IMG/VR virus record: IMGVR_UViG_3300005529_000001 | Span: 124,001 to 188,000 of that record | Length of the DNA: 64,000 bases | Strand: one strand, 5' to 3' | Part shown: positions 27,383 to 37,431 of the stretch, piece by piece | Position numbering within the stretch: the first letter of the stretch is position 1 | How the letters are laid out: each line of letters starts with the position of its first letter | Made by a program: the position numbers and the translations under genes | Notes under the pieces: model-generated | What the model was told of the DNA's origin: nothing | The model's input: the letters and a program-made list of their open reading frames with translations, nothing else | Databases searched by the model: none

Positions 27383-28635
27383 GTCCTCGGTTTCAACAAC
27401 ATCTTAACCAACCAGGTGATGGCATCGATGAAGCTCTGGAAGCCCGACTTGGCTGGCCCATGGACGGGGACAGGAGTGACTGGCGCGGGCAGAGGGGTGG
27501 GCATTGGCCCGGGTTGCACGGGCGGTGGAGGGGGCGGCGTGGGGGCCGGCTGGTCCTGCACGAGGACGGGGATGCCGAGCTTGTCTGGGTCCCACCACTC
27601 TTGCATGGGCCTGCCAAGGGACGTCAGGACGTTCCCGGTACCCTCCGTGATCGCGTTGTTGGCGCGGCCACCTCCGCCATGGTCAGCGATGCCGTTTGCA
27701 TCGACATCGCTGAGACACCACTCAACGTGGTCGTTATTGGTTCCCGGCGTGTTGTAACGCATCAGAGCGCCACGCTTTGGCATTGTCTTTCCATCAAACT
27801 TGACAAGAGCGCCCGTGTTGATGCCGATCTGTCGGACCCATGACACCGCCATGCCCGACACGTACTTCTTGTTCAGGATCGGGTCACGGACACCCGCCTC
27901 AGCCATGATGCCCAAAGCGGACGTTGCACAGTTGGTGGAGACGGTGACGACCGCGTTTGGGTCATCGACGCCACGTGCCACAAGCTTGCCCAGCTCATCA
28001 CGCCGCGTGCTGAGGTTGCAACCGACGTGCGACTTCACCAGCCTGACGATCCGGTCAGCTGGGCTCTCGTTCGCGAGCAACGGTTGCTGGTTGACGGGAA
28101 CGTTGCTGCTCGAGGGATCAGGATGGGTTGGTGGCGCTGGTGGAGGGGGAGGATCGATGGGAGCTGGGTGAACCAACGGCTGGCCATCGGGGGTCAAGAA
28201 CAGCTGACGTTCGCGGACTCGCCGGTTGTAGAGGCCCTTGTCTTGAGTCAGCTTGCCGTTGATGACAGCGTGGCACCAGAGGAGCATCGCGTCAGCTGCG
28301 CCCGCAACATCGCCAGCATTTAGCTTGGTTCGCATCGACGAACCGGCCAACGAACCTGTGCCGCAGTTGAAGGTGAACGACACCAGGGCATCAAACATGT
28401 TCTGGGTCAAGCCGGAGTACGTGATGTCCTTGTTGACAGCACCTTCCGCAGTGCTCACGTCACCGGCTAGGATCTGCAACGCTTGGTCATGGGTGATGCC
28501 GTTTGGGAACGACTCACCAGGCCGCACAACGTGCCCGATCCCGATCGTTGGGATCCCAGCAATGTCCTTGTAAACGTGATCGACTTCCCCTTCTTCGCGT
28601 GCGATGAAGTTAAGTCCATTCTGGGACGTTTTCAT
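27379..28635 (-). CDS. endolysin: GH24 lysozyme plus putative CHAP/NlpC-like domain
   Basis: IAREEG...YKD.AG..TIGIGH, FDALVSFTFN.G, GL..RR..E..LF; second domain NCATS...NDHVE; Pro linkers. Confidence 0.88.
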   Translation of the reverse strand: MKTSQNGLNFIAREEGEVDHVYKDIAGIPTIGIGHVVRPGESFPNGITHDQALQILAGDVSTAEGAVNKDITYSGLTQNMFDALVSFTFNCGTGSLAGSSMRTKLNAGDVAGAADAMLLWCHAVINGKLTQDKGLYNRRVRERQLFLTPDGQPLVHPAPIDPPPPPAPPTHPDPSSSNVPVNQQPLLANESPADRIVRLVKSHVGCNLSTRRDELGKLVARGVDDPNAVVTVSTNCATSALGIMAEAGVRDPILNKKYVSGMAVSWVRQIGINTGALVKFDGKTMPKRGALMRYNTPGTNNDHVEWCLSDVDANGIADHGGGGRANNAITEGTGNVLTSLGRPMQEWWDPDKLGIPVLVQDQPAPTPPPPPPVQPGPMPTPLPAPVTPVPVHGPAKSGFQSFIDAITWLVKMLLKPRT

Positions 28636-28640
28636 GTCCC

Positions 28641-28646
28641 TAAATA
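28641..28646 (-). promoter_or_regulatory. putative late-type promoter element TATTTA
   Basis: 5 nt before endolysin ATG; recurring TA[CGT]TTA class. Confidence 0.5.
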
Positions 28647-28658
28647 GGCGTGGGACGG

Positions 28659-28961
28659 TCAGGCAGCTACGGGCTTTTTCTCGCCCTTCGGTGCTGCAGA
28701 CTTGAGCTTCGCGACGCTTGCTCGGATGAGAGCGGTGACCTGGTTATGCAGGTCTGACATCTCCCTCTCGACGTCCTGGGGCGGGAACTGTGCTTTCAGC
28801 TTCTCGCCCACCGTGTTGACGAGCTGGGCGACCTGTTGCTTGACGCTGCCCTCAGCACCGCTGCCCGGTTCACCGCCTTTTGCAGCGGGATCCCTGGGGG
28901 CGTCCATGGCTTCTTTGACGAGCTTCTTGATGAGTGCGTTGGTAACAGGGGTGCGGGCCAT
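28659..28961 (-). CDS. hypothetical protein with N-terminal leader
   Basis: TNALIKKLVKEAM; TAGTTA 5 nt upstream. Confidence 0.6.
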   Translation of the reverse strand: MARTPVTNALIKKLVKEAMDAPRDPAAKGGEPGSGAEGSVKQQVAQLVNTVGEKLKAQFPPQDVEREMSDLHNQVTALIRASVAKLKSAAPKGEKKPVAA

Positions 28962-28969
28962 GCCAGTAA

Positions 28970-29485
28970 CTAGGCTTTCACCCGTGCGACTGCTTCATCA
29001 AACCAACGGCTGACAGTCTTGGGAAAGGGCCACATGTAACCGTAAGCGCTCGAGACGAACTGCTTCAAGTACCAAGCTCGACGCTTGTCATCATTGTAAT
29101 CGATCCCGTAATCTGCAAAAGCTTGGAGAGACTCTGCATACGCTTGCTGTTCCAGCTTGGCTCGGCAATAGGACAGGCCCACCGGGAAAAGGATGAGCAA
29201 GTAAAGAAGGGCATACACGGGGTACGTCAACGTGCGTGATTGCCGCATGTGAACGCGCTCGTGACGCAGGATCGAGCACCTATCGTCATCGCCGAACGTC
29301 TCCCAGCCATCAGGCACGTACACCGTGTGATAGATCGTCGTCACGTAGCTAGTCATGAATTGCTGGCCCAGGACGAGTCCAACCAGCTTCATGAACCAGC
29401 TATCGTTCTTTTTAGCGATGTTGAAAGAGGGGAACTCTGTTTTTATCTCGGCGCACAGACCTTGATAATCAGGTGTGATTGTCAT
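28970..29485 (-). CDS. HExxH zincin-like protein (DUF4157-like)
   Basis: ILRHERVH...LEQQAY. Confidence 0.65.
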   Translation of the reverse strand: MTITPDYQGLCAEIKTEFPSFNIAKKNDSWFMKLVGLVLGQQFMTSYVTTIYHTVYVPDGWETFGDDDRCSILRHERVHMRQSRTLTYPVYALLYLLILFPVGLSYCRAKLEQQAYAESLQAFADYGIDYNDDKRRAWYLKQFVSSAYGYMWPFPKTVSRWFDEAVARVKA

Positions 29486-29489
29486 GCTG

Positions 29490-29984
29490 TTACGTATTCT
29501 TCTTGGACGGCAGCTTGAGCCGTCCTTCTGTTGCAGCCCTCTTCACCGCACCGATGACGTCCACCACTTGACCAGCTGCGCGTCGCGCGTCGATCTCAAA
29601 TGGGTTGTCATAGTAGGGGTGAGCGTGCAAGCAGAACTTCAGTCCCACGTACGCTAGTCCGTAAAAGATGGGCAAGAAAACGCCCAGCACCATGCCCTGA
29701 CGTACGTGTTCCTGTTCGTGTCGCAGGGCCATGCGACCGTGGTGGGTGTCCAGGTTCCCGTTAAGAACGACGACGTTGCCGATGGTGTGCCCCGCCCAGT
29801 GCCTCCACGAGTATCTCAACCAGCTGGGCATCAGGTCATTGTTGACAAACCAAACCAGCGCGTCATCTTTGCGACCCTCGTTGGTGTACCACCCAAGGAC
29901 GGTGAATGCTGTGACGTAGATGAGGCCACACAACGTGAGCGGGAGGGCCCACAACCAGCCCAACGTCCGCCAAGGTTGCTTCAC
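29490..29984 (-). CDS. HExxH-like membrane-associated metallopeptidase
   Basis: RHEQEHVRQ, YYDNPFEIDAR. Confidence 0.65.
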   Translation of the reverse strand: MKQPWRTLGWLWALPLTLCGLIYVTAFTVLGWYTNEGRKDDALVWFVNNDLMPSWLRYSWRHWAGHTIGNVVVLNGNLDTHHGRMALRHEQEHVRQGMVLGVFLPIFYGLAYVGLKFCLHAHPYYDNPFEIDARRAAGQVVDVIGAVKRAATEGRLKLPSKKNT

Positions 29985-30028
29985 ACCCCACCTCCCATAC
30001 GGGTAGGTAGGCCAGTTCGTTCAATTGT

Positions 30029-30433
30029 TCACTTCGGAAGAATCACGTGTGGCACTCGTGACTTCCACTCAACGTACTCGCCAACAACCTTCTGGTGACG
30101 CTTGCGAAGCTGCTCAAACTTCTCAGTGAAGTCGACATTCAGGGCAACCCTCTCAACAAAGAGATCGTCCCAAGTAACCTTGGGCAACGCCACCTTCAGT
30201 TCCCAGAGGTTGGCACCTTCAATCGCACCAGGAGCGTCGTTGTAAAACGTGACAGTTGAGACCCCCTGGGGTGAATCGAATTCAACGAGCGCCCCATCTA
30301 TTGACAGCTTTTTGCCCTCTTGGCGAATGACGTCTTTCAAACCCTCGAGGTCGGCTGTCAGCGACCTGATGGTGCGATTGAGTTCCACTGCTTTGGCGAT
30401 GGCCTGGCTCACGCGAGCGTTCTTGACCGGCAT
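30029..30433 (-). CDS. hypothetical protein
   Basis: GGAGG upstream and TGG-TAGACT promoter-like site. Confidence 0.6.
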   Translation of the reverse strand: MPVKNARVSQAIAKAVELNRTIRSLTADLEGLKDVIRQEGKKLSIDGALVEFDSPQGVSTVTFYNDAPGAIEGANLWELKVALPKVTWDDLFVERVALNVDFTEKFEQLRKRHQKVVGEYVEWKSRVPHVILPK

Positions 30434-30475
30434 GGTGCCTCCACACCATCCAGTCTACCACAAATCATACATGAC

Positions 30476-30739
30476 TTACACTGTCGGAACCCACTCCATT
30501 TTGGAGCGGTCGAAGCGCATGATGTGAGGCGGTTTCTTGCATATCAAGATGACATCTTTTGGAGCAACCATCGCTAGCTGGTAATCGAGCGGTAGCTCGA
30601 ACGCAGGCAGGTCCTCCCATGTCTTCACTCCCTCTGGGATGGGAAACAGGTGGATGAGGTTGATGTATGCGTTTGGGTCGATGAGAAGCAGCTGGCCTGG
30701 CGTGATCTTGACGATGGGAATCGTTGCTTTGGTGCTCAT
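30476..30739 (-). CDS. hypothetical protein
   Basis: ATGA overlap with exonuclease stop. Confidence 0.55.
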   Translation of the reverse strand: MSTKATIPIVKITPGQLLLIDPNAYINLIHLFPIPEGVKTWEDLPAFELPLDYQLAMVAPKDVILICKKPPHIMRFDRSKMEWVPTV

Positions 30740-31578
30740 TGTGGACCCCACAGAGGATCGAACGTTGCGACGAACTTGTCCCAAGTTGATTCCTTTAGCA
30801 TGCTCTTGAAAGCCATCCCTTCGAACTCGGCCTTTATGAGCGTCCAATCACGTGGACAGCCCGATGACCGCATCTTCAACGCTTCTGCGTCAGACCACCT
30901 GTAGAACCTGATGAGCCTGACGTTACGGTCAGCGTGTTCAGCCAACGTGTTGTCCTTATCAAGGAAGTTCATCAGCTTGTGTGGGTCGCTCGCAAGCTCA
31001 GCGGCCCGCGTGTCTCCAACGCCCGGCAACCCCGGGATGTTGTCACTGCCGTCTCCCCTCAGAGACTTCCACACAACGTAGCTGTAACCCTCGGGAGGGC
31101 TGACATACTTTTTGGTGATCGGGTTGTAGAGCTTGACGTTGCCAAACTCCTGGAGCATCTGGATGAAATCGGTGTCAGTCGAGACCACAGTGAACTCGAT
31201 CGCCGAGCTCGCTCGACAGACCAGATTATAGATCAGGTCGTCAGCCTCAAAATCGGGGTGTTGTACCACGGTGATCGGCAACATGTGTGACAGGATGCGA
31301 ACGATGATCTCGTTCTGCCGCCTGTAATCTTCCTCGCTACGCTTTCCCTCCTTGGGCTCATCACGCCCAATGCGGTTTGCCTTGTACGTGGGAAGCATGT
31401 CTAGCTGACGTTTTGGTGCGCCCTCCAACGTGAAATAGACCCGGGTCGGTTCCATCGTCTCAACCAATGACCGCAGGTTACGGACAAAGTTGAAGACGAC
31501 GTTAAAGTCACCCAACTGGAAGCCAGCGCGAGCACGGTACATGAAATTGTGCCCGTCAATGATCAGTACCTTGCTCAT
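30736..31578 (-). CDS. 5'-3' exonuclease/flap endonuclease (PolI-N, T4 RNase H-like)
   Basis: IIDGHN, FEADD, STDTDF.Q, GDGSDNIPG.PGVG. Confidence 0.92.
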   Translation of the reverse strand: MSKVLIIDGHNFMYRARAGFQLGDFNVVFNFVRNLRSLVETMEPTRVYFTLEGAPKRQLDMLPTYKANRIGRDEPKEGKRSEEDYRRQNEIIVRILSHMLPITVVQHPDFEADDLIYNLVCRASSAIEFTVVSTDTDFIQMLQEFGNVKLYNPITKKYVSPPEGYSYVVWKSLRGDGSDNIPGLPGVGDTRAAELASDPHKLMNFLDKDNTLAEHADRNVRLIRFYRWSDAEALKMRSSGCPRDWTLIKAEFEGMAFKSMLKESTWDKFVATFDPLWGPQ

Positions 31579-31913
31579 GTTCTCCCCAGCGGGTACTCCT
31601 TGTCGGGTACCATGTTTGTGTGTTCGGGTGGCCCAGAAACCACACCTTGTTCAGCGAACCTGCAACAGGGCCCATCACCTTGCGTGTTGTGGTCATATAG
31701 GACGGTCATGAAGTATCGCCCGTCAGCTTGCTTGCGAGCCCACCAGTCGATGCTGGGCATGATGTCCTTGCATGACGTTACGTCAATGACGACTCCACGA
31801 GGCGTGACATCTACGACCCGGTGCGCCCATGTCCGGATACCAAAAGTGACAACGTCACCGACCTTGAACTTCCGTTGCGCCTTCTTGCGCTGGGCTCGGG
31901 TCAGGTTTCTCAC
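31575..31913 (-). CDS. KOW/SH3-like hypothetical protein
   Basis: FKVGDVV; TGG-TAGACT 6 nt before GTG. Confidence 0.6.
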   Translation of the reverse strand: MRNLTRAQRKKAQRKFKVGDVVTFGIRTWAHRVVDVTPRGVVIDVTSCKDIMPSIDWWARKQADGRYFMTVLYDHNTQGDGPCCRFAEQGVVSGPPEHTNMVPDKEYPLGRT

Positions 31914-31949
31914 CAGACAAGTCTACCACAACCGGGGCGAAAATTACAC

Positions 31950-32237
31950 TTACTTGTTGCCAAGGGCGCTGGAGCGATCGAGGTCATGCAATACCTCATC
32001 AATGATTCCCATCGCCTGCCGTAAGCGGACATCGATCGTCGGTGTCGGCGGGATGCCTCTCAGAGCAGCATACCTCTTCACGTCCTCGCGTGAAGCGAAA
32101 ATCTTCTCCCATGCTGAAGCAAGTCGCGCCTGCAAGACATCGATGGGACCGTCAGGGATGTCACGTTTTCGGGCGGTGACCTCGAGCCGTGCCAGTGTGG
32201 CTTGTGAATCGTGCCGCAAAGCCTGTTCTCCGTTCAT
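31950..32237 (-). CDS. hypothetical protein
   Basis: Coupled to 32234-33154. Confidence 0.5.
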   Translation of the reverse strand: MNGEQALRHDSQATLARLEVTARKRDIPDGPIDVLQARLASAWEKIFASREDVKRYAALRGIPPTPTIDVRLRQAMGIIDEVLHDLDRSSALGNK

Positions 32238-33154
32238 GGCGTGCTCTTTTCCAACAGAGATCCGACAACACTCTGGCCCAGTTGTTCAGCGATCTGGTCA
32301 AGCGTCAGGTCACAGACCTCGTCGATCCAATCACCCACAACATAGAGGACACGACGGTCCTTCATCAAGCCAAACAAGATCGGGTCACGCTTGGCTGCTT
32401 TTTCAGCCTGCGTCTCAGCATAAGACTTGGCTTGGGGATCGTAATGAAGGACAGCATAGTTGTCAAAGATGCCCAGCTCGTTGGCGCGTTGCATCTTGGC
32501 GACGATGTTCTCTGGGATGGTTCGTCCAAAGTTGCGAACCCAATCCAATCGTAGGCCCTTCTTGGCTTGCTTGACGAACTTGACGACCGTCTCTTCGGTC
32601 AAGAACTTGGGCATGCCGAGAGCAACGAGCTGCGTCTCCATCCTGTAAGCATTGAGCCCGCCCTTCAGTTGCTCAACCAAGGCGTGTTGGCCCGCGGCCA
32701 AAGCGTTGGTGATGGCGCGGTCGTAACCCTTGGCTCGGGCTTCAACAACGCTGAGCTCCTCAGCGTTGTTTTTCAGGTGACTGAAGAACTCCAGGATGGT
32801 AATGCCCGGGTTTTCCTCCGGGGACGGTGGGGGCGGAGGTGGCTTTCGCCAGAAGGCGAGCCTAGACCAGAAACCTGGTCCCTCTTTTTTAGAAGAGTCA
32901 TATGGGACCATGCGAATGTTGAAGTCGCTGTTTAACGCGGTGCCCAAGTTGACGACTTGCGCCGGGCCCGCGGGATTTAAGACGATACTCCCGTTCCACG
33001 GGTTCCCCATCATCACTTCGCCCTCGCTGTCCTCTAACGTGTCGTCATACTTCGACGTCTTGTCACGCTTCTTGCCCTTCTGGAACTTGGGCAACAGAGG
33101 ATCAGTCACGAAGAACTCAAACACCTCGAGCTTGTTGTTGCGGATCATTGCCAC
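32234..33154 (-). CDS. conserved-looking phage hypothetical protein
   Basis: 306 aa ORF; FD.YAVLHYDP...RDPILFG. Confidence 0.7.
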   Translation of the reverse strand: MAMIRNNKLEVFEFFVTDPLLPKFQKGKKRDKTSKYDDTLEDSEGEVMMGNPWNGSIVLNPAGPAQVVNLGTALNSDFNIRMVPYDSSKKEGPGFWSRLAFWRKPPPPPPSPEENPGITILEFFSHLKNNAEELSVVEARAKGYDRAITNALAAGQHALVEQLKGGLNAYRMETQLVALGMPKFLTEETVVKFVKQAKKGLRLDWVRNFGRTIPENIVAKMQRANELGIFDNYAVLHYDPQAKSYAETQAEKAAKRDPILFGLMKDRRVLYVVGDWIDEVCDLTLDQIAEQLGQSVVGSLLEKSTP

Positions 33155-34293
33155 TCCAACGCATCGCGGTACTCGCGTGCGGTTTGCCTAATGTCCTCGT
33201 GCTGCTTTTTGTCCCACTCCCTACGCCTGCGATCGCGCTCCTCAAGGGAGAGCCGCCAGTCATCGCTATGGTAGTAGGGACGCCGGCAACCGGGTCCCAG
33301 CTTCCACTCTTCGGCAAGGTCAGTCCACTGTTGTGCGGTGCGGTAGTTGTGCCTGTTGTGCTCGTTGGTTCGGATCTCAGCAACGAAGTCATCGCTGACC
33401 TCGCCGACGTCAGCCTCAAACTTGGGCGATGCCATGAAGATGATCGGTGGATTGCTGTAGCGATCTCCTTCTTTGCTGACGTAATAGAGATTTGGCTCTT
33501 CATTCCAGTAAAAGTTGCACCTCTCAAGCCACGTCATCTTGTCCCAGTTGCGGCAGACCTCCATGTACCGCTTCCGACCCGCTTTCCAGGTGTCAGAAGC
33601 GTATTCGAGATCATCAATGTCCTCGTCCGTCTGGTCGGCCTCTTTGTTCGAGGGCGGCATCTCAACGAAGGCAAACTGGACCTTGGCACACCTCGGCCTC
33701 TTCACCCTGCCCAAAAAGAGGTGCAGCGTCTTGTCTTTCTTCCTGTAGATGTGGCCTACCTGTAACGTGCTCTCAGTCGGGGTCAGCCCCGCCTTTTGGG
33801 CAAGCTCGAATGCCTTCTTGTCGTTGGCACCGCGCAGCATCGACTGGTGCAGCTCGCCGTCAACAAGCACGAGGCGTACCTGGCTCCCCAACACGCCCCA
33901 GACGAAAGTGCCTGACACGATCCCCATTGGGAGGATACCCACCCGTTTCATCACCTCGAGGACCTGGTCTTCGCGGAGGTCAAACCTGCGGTTGTTGTCA
34001 TCGATGACCTTGTAGGCTCGGCCACCCTCACTCCTGACGTGGAGGTCGGTGATGGTGATAGCGAAGGGCTCGTTGTCTCGGACAATGACTTCGGGTTCGT
34101 GCTTGTCGTTGCTTCGCCAACCATAACCCCGTGCCCAACGTTTGGCTGTCTCGGGAGCTGTCTTCGACTCAGGGTTGTACGGGAAGGTGTCTCGTACCTC
34201 GATCTTCTCATCAACGATGTTGGTTGCTTTGCACTTGGGCCGCATGCAGTAAGCGACCCTATCGAGCAACCGACCGCCCTCGGGAGACTTCAT
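33145..34293 (-). CDS. hypothetical protein
   Basis: 382 aa ORF; TGT-TAGGGT 6 nt upstream. Confidence 0.7.
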   Translation of the reverse strand: MKSPEGGRLLDRVAYCMRPKCKATNIVDEKIEVRDTFPYNPESKTAPETAKRWARGYGWRSNDKHEPEVIVRDNEPFAITITDLHVRSEGGRAYKVIDDNNRRFDLREDQVLEVMKRVGILPMGIVSGTFVWGVLGSQVRLVLVDGELHQSMLRGANDKKAFELAQKAGLTPTESTLQVGHIYRKKDKTLHLFLGRVKRPRCAKVQFAFVEMPPSNKEADQTDEDIDDLEYASDTWKAGRKRYMEVCRNWDKMTWLERCNFYWNEEPNLYYVSKEGDRYSNPPIIFMASPKFEADVGEVSDDFVAEIRTNEHNRHNYRTAQQWTDLAEEWKLGPGCRRPYYHSDDWRLSLEERDRRRREWDKKQHEDIRQTAREYRDALEWQ

Positions 34294-34324
34294 GTCACCA
34301 CCCTAACACGTCAGGGGGTGTTTT

Positions 34325-34741
34325 TCATACATTCATCAAAACACAACCCGCAACGATCATGATCCCGCCGAGAGCACGGACCACGGTCATCGGTTCACCC
34401 AACAACAGCCACGCTAGCACGAAAGCGATGCCTGGGTAAACGCTGGTCAGTGACGCAACGACATTGACTGGCTTGTGTTCAAGCGCGAACATGAACGCAT
34501 AGACCGCAATCAGACCAAGCACCGATGTCACTGTTGCCCAAAAGATGCCAGGACGCGTCCATGCAAACGTGTCACCACGCCACTTCATCCACAAGAAAAC
34601 GAGCGGAGCGACTGAGGAGTAAACATACAGCGTCACCAGCTGGACCAGCATCGGTGACATGTTGCGAACGGCGAGTTTTGATGTGATGACCCACGTGCCC
34701 CAACCCAAAAGAGCGCACGCGATGTAAAACCAATCACGCAT
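34325..34741 (-). CDS. EamA/DMT-family transporter
   Basis: About 5 TM helices; V..V..L...YP...LA.LLLGE......G...I..G. Confidence 0.85.
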   Translation of the reverse strand: MRDWFYIACALLGWGTWVITSKLAVRNMSPMLVQLVTLYVYSSVAPLVFLWMKWRGDTFAWTRPGIFWATVTSVLGLIAVYAFMFALEHKPVNVVASLTSVYPGIAFVLAWLLLGEPMTVVRALGGIMIVAGCVLMNV

Positions 34742-35067
34742 CAGATGTCCTTCAGTTTTTCACCGCCCAAGATGTGGAAATGCAAGTGTTTCATCGTCTG
34801 GCCCGAATCTGAACCTACGTTGGTCACGATCCGGTAACCCTCCGGGAGGTTGATGTTGGCAAAGTGAGTGGCCAGCGACAGCATCCTTCCCGCGTGGACG
34901 AAATCACGTTGGCAGGTGGCATGGATGTCGGGGTCACAGTGACGGCCAATCGCCAGGTAATGCCTGGTAGCTGCTGGGTCTTTGGCACGGATGATGATCC
35001 CGACCTCGTTTGTGTCAAGGATCTCGGTTGAGATCTCTTTGTTCACGATCTTACAGAAGACGCACAT
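34741..35067 (-). CDS. HIT-family nucleotide hydrolase
   Basis: CVFCKI, D..A..HYL, GYRIVTN.G...GQT..HLHFHILGG. Confidence 0.92.
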   Translation of the reverse strand: MCVFCKIVNKEISTEILDTNEVGIIIRAKDPAATRHYLAIGRHCDPDIHATCQRDFVHAGRMLSLATHFANINLPEGYRIVTNVGSDSGQTMKHLHFHILGGEKLKDI

Positions 35068-35447
35068 CAGTTAACCTTCTTGGACGCCTCGGCCCGTTCT
35101 TTCTCAGTCACGCCCTCGCTCAGCTTGCCATGCCCAATGTTCCAGGTGCAACCCGCGGCTTCGCTGACAATCAAGCTCCAAAACTTGCCCTTGACCAGTT
35201 TCATCACATCACACAGCTCAGCATGGATGCCCGAAGCGTTGTACTCTTTCTTCTCTTCCTCGGACTTCGGAGCTCGATGGATGGACAAAGCAACTACACA
35301 CGCTGGGGACTCCTCGTACTCGAGGATCATGCACCGTGCTAGCGGGCCGACCGTCCACCCACGCCTGATCATCTTTGCACACAAAGCTTCGGCAAAGTTC
35401 GTGTTTGACGTAGTAAACCAGACATACCAGATTGCTGACAAGTTCAC
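35067..35447 (-). CDS. hypothetical protein
   Basis: Operon-coupled ORF. Confidence 0.55.
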   Translation of the reverse strand: MNLSAIWYVWFTTSNTNFAEALCAKMIRRGWTVGPLARCMILEYEESPACVVALSIHRAPKSEEEKKEYNASGIHAELCDVMKLVKGKFWSLIVSEAAGCTWNIGHGKLSEGVTEKERAEASKKVN

Positions 35448-35881
35448 CCCTGCTTCAAGTGATCAGTTGATGGCATCTCGTATTGAGCCATTGCGACCTC
35501 ACCCTGGAACGCTTTGCCGATGGCCTCGCTAATGAACATCTTGCGGTGGTAACGTTGTCGATAGTAAGCGGCATGAAAGACCTCGGTCTCTCCCTCTTTC
35601 CTAGGAACCCTGACCAGGTGATCGATGCTCTTTCCCCAACCGCCAAAAGAAACGAAGTCATCGATGCTCAGCGTCCGGTAACCGAGACCGCTGTAAGCCT
35701 TTTCCGTCAGTTGCCACTGGTCTAGCAACCTGTCAAAGCCGACGCACTCTCCCATGTAGATCATGGAGACAACGCTACCCATCTCCGCGCCTGCAAGGAC
35801 ATACGCTTCGATGATCTCATCATCTCGGAAGACCCGGACGTCCTTGCCAAACCGGTTGCGCCACCACCGTTTGAGTCCCAT
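35444..35881 (-). CDS. hypothetical protein
   Basis: Operon-coupled ORF. Confidence 0.55.
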   Translation of the reverse strand: MGLKRWWRNRFGKDVRVFRDDEIIEAYVLAGAEMGSVVSMIYMGECVGFDRLLDQWQLTEKAYSGLGYRTLSIDDFVSFGGWGKSIDHLVRVPRKEGETEVFHAAYYRQRYHRKMFISEAIGKAFQGEVAMAQYEMPSTDHLKQG

Positions 35882-36087
35882 CAGACTGCCTCACCGATCT
35901 CTTCATCGATCGCAGCACAAACGAGCTCACCAGCCGTGGCAGGCAAGCTGACTGCGACCTGGTCCTTGAGCCGGTACAGGCTCATGACGTGTCTCAGCTT
36001 CATCGTGTAAACTTGCCGAGCTCGCCGGCTCTCGCTCCAGATGAGCGCAAAGACCAGGAACCCGATCACCGCCACGATGAAGTGCAT
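35881..36087 (-). CDS. small membrane-anchored protein
   Basis: N-terminal TM helix; TAGGGT 5 nt upstream. Confidence 0.55.
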   Translation of the reverse strand: MHFIVAVIGFLVFALIWSESRRARQVYTMKLRHVMSLYRLKDQVAVSLPATAGELVCAAIDEEIGEAV

Positions 36088-36118
36088 GCCTAACCCTACA
36101 ACGGGTTGCGCGCTTTTT

Positions 36119-36391
36119 TCAGGCGCTCTTCTTGGTGGGATGGCCCGCCATCTTCGACCAGACTTCGAATGGGACCATCTTGAGCGCTTTCAATGCCATG
36201 TCAGCAGCGTCTGCCCACGCCTCCACACCAGCTTGGTCGTTGATCTCGCCTGACTTGACCAAGTCAATGATGTGTTGCTGCATGTGCTCGCGAACGGCTT
36301 CCTTCTTCATGTAATCAGGATGAGCAGCGATACGAGCTTCCTCTATCGCTTTCGCAAACATCTGGCGCAGCCTACCGACTGTCGTCCGCAT
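36119..36391 (-). CDS. hypothetical protein with N-terminal leader
   Basis: MRTTVGRLRQMFAKAIEEA; TACTTA 5 nt upstream. Confidence 0.65.
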   Translation of the reverse strand: MRTTVGRLRQMFAKAIEEARIAAHPDYMKKEAVREHMQQHIIDLVKSGEINDQAGVEAWADAADMALKALKMVPFEVWSKMAGHPTKKSA

Positions 36392-36406
36392 TCTCGTAAG
36401 TATCGA

Positions 36407-36949
36407 TCAGCCCTGCATGCTTTCGGGCACTTTGATGCTGTTTACCTTCACCCGTGTGCCATCGGGCATCTCAACCTCTAGCTTCTCGTTGTCAGCCTGG
36501 AGTTCAGCAGCGAGTTCAGCGAGTTCGGGGGGCGGGGCCTGAGGCCGCTTGGGTTGCTTCTTGGGCGGGGGCGGGACCCGGGTCTGCTTGATCTGTCCCG
36601 GCTCTGCGGGCTTCAGGGGCACGGGCATGTCCTCTGAATTTGTCTCCTCGAACCCAGAAGGGTACCACTCCTGTGCTTTAGCAACCGCAGCCTCTACCAT
36701 CGTGTTGATCCCGCTGGTCGCTCGCTCTAAGAGAGCTCTCTGGACCTTGGCAGCGGAGTCGAAGAATTCCCCCTCGACCCTGTCAATCGCAACGGGTTCA
36801 CCAGCTGACGGACCACCGCGGACCATGTAGGTGACAGCTTGGCCCTCGAGAGTCTTCCGAGACACCTCCTCGACGACCTGCATCGGGTAGATCTTGGTCT
36901 CCTTGTGGAGGACCACATACAGGATCTGGCCGACACGGTAAGATGTCAC
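36407..36949 (-). CDS. hypothetical protein, SH3-like N-terminus
   Basis: YRVGQILYVV. Confidence 0.6.
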   Translation of the reverse strand: MTSYRVGQILYVVLHKETKIYPMQVVEEVSRKTLEGQAVTYMVRGGPSAGEPVAIDRVEGEFFDSAAKVQRALLERATSGINTMVEAAVAKAQEWYPSGFEETNSEDMPVPLKPAEPGQIKQTRVPPPPKKQPKRPQAPPPELAELAAELQADNEKLEVEMPDGTRVKVNSIKVPESMQG

Positions 36950-37431
36950 TTTCGCTTCCCCTTGGTCACAGCAGCCTGACGTGCGGGCTTTTTCCGTGTG
37001 GGCTTGGTGGGTTCAGGAGCACCCCCATCATCGTCATCACCAGGGTGGAAGTGAGGACCGGTCTCCGGCTCGTGAAAGAGAGCTGACGGGTCTCCGTCAG
37101 GGCCGAGCTGTTCCTCTTCACCCATGTCATCTGCGATCCTGATGACATCGAGGATGGGTGCACCCGTTGTCATGACAACAAAATCCGGCGCTTCCTTGTT
37201 GAGCGGGATGTTAGCGCTCTTACAGAGAGCTGACACCTCTGCCCATAGCTGGGTCTCAGCGATGGAACGCTGCTCGCTCGCGGCCAGTGCTTGGCTCACC
37301 GTCCGCGACCCGTCAGGAGGTAGCAAGACCGACAGCACGTCACGCAGGTGTAGCAGCTGCACCTTGGTTAGCAACAGCTCCCACGTAGGTTGGGGAGTCA
37401 GCTGGATTGGTTTGTCCTTCTTGGCCGGCAT
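36946..37431 (-). CDS. hypothetical protein
   Basis: TAGGAT 6 nt upstream. Confidence 0.6.
   Translation of the reverse strand: MPAKKDKPIQLTPQPTWELLLTKVQLLHLRDVLSVLLPPDGSRTVSQALAASEQRSIAETQLWAEVSALCKSANIPLNKEAPDFVVMTTGAPILDVIRIADDMGEEEQLGPDGDPSALFHEPETGPHFHPGDDDDGGAPEPTKPTRKKPARQAAVTKGKRK

Noticed and set aside
3189-28656. N4-like hairpin promoters (short inverted repeats flank motifs at 3189-3205, 11549-11569, 28636-28656)
   Set aside because: Stems are only 5-6 bp with variable loops and are absent at most other motif sites
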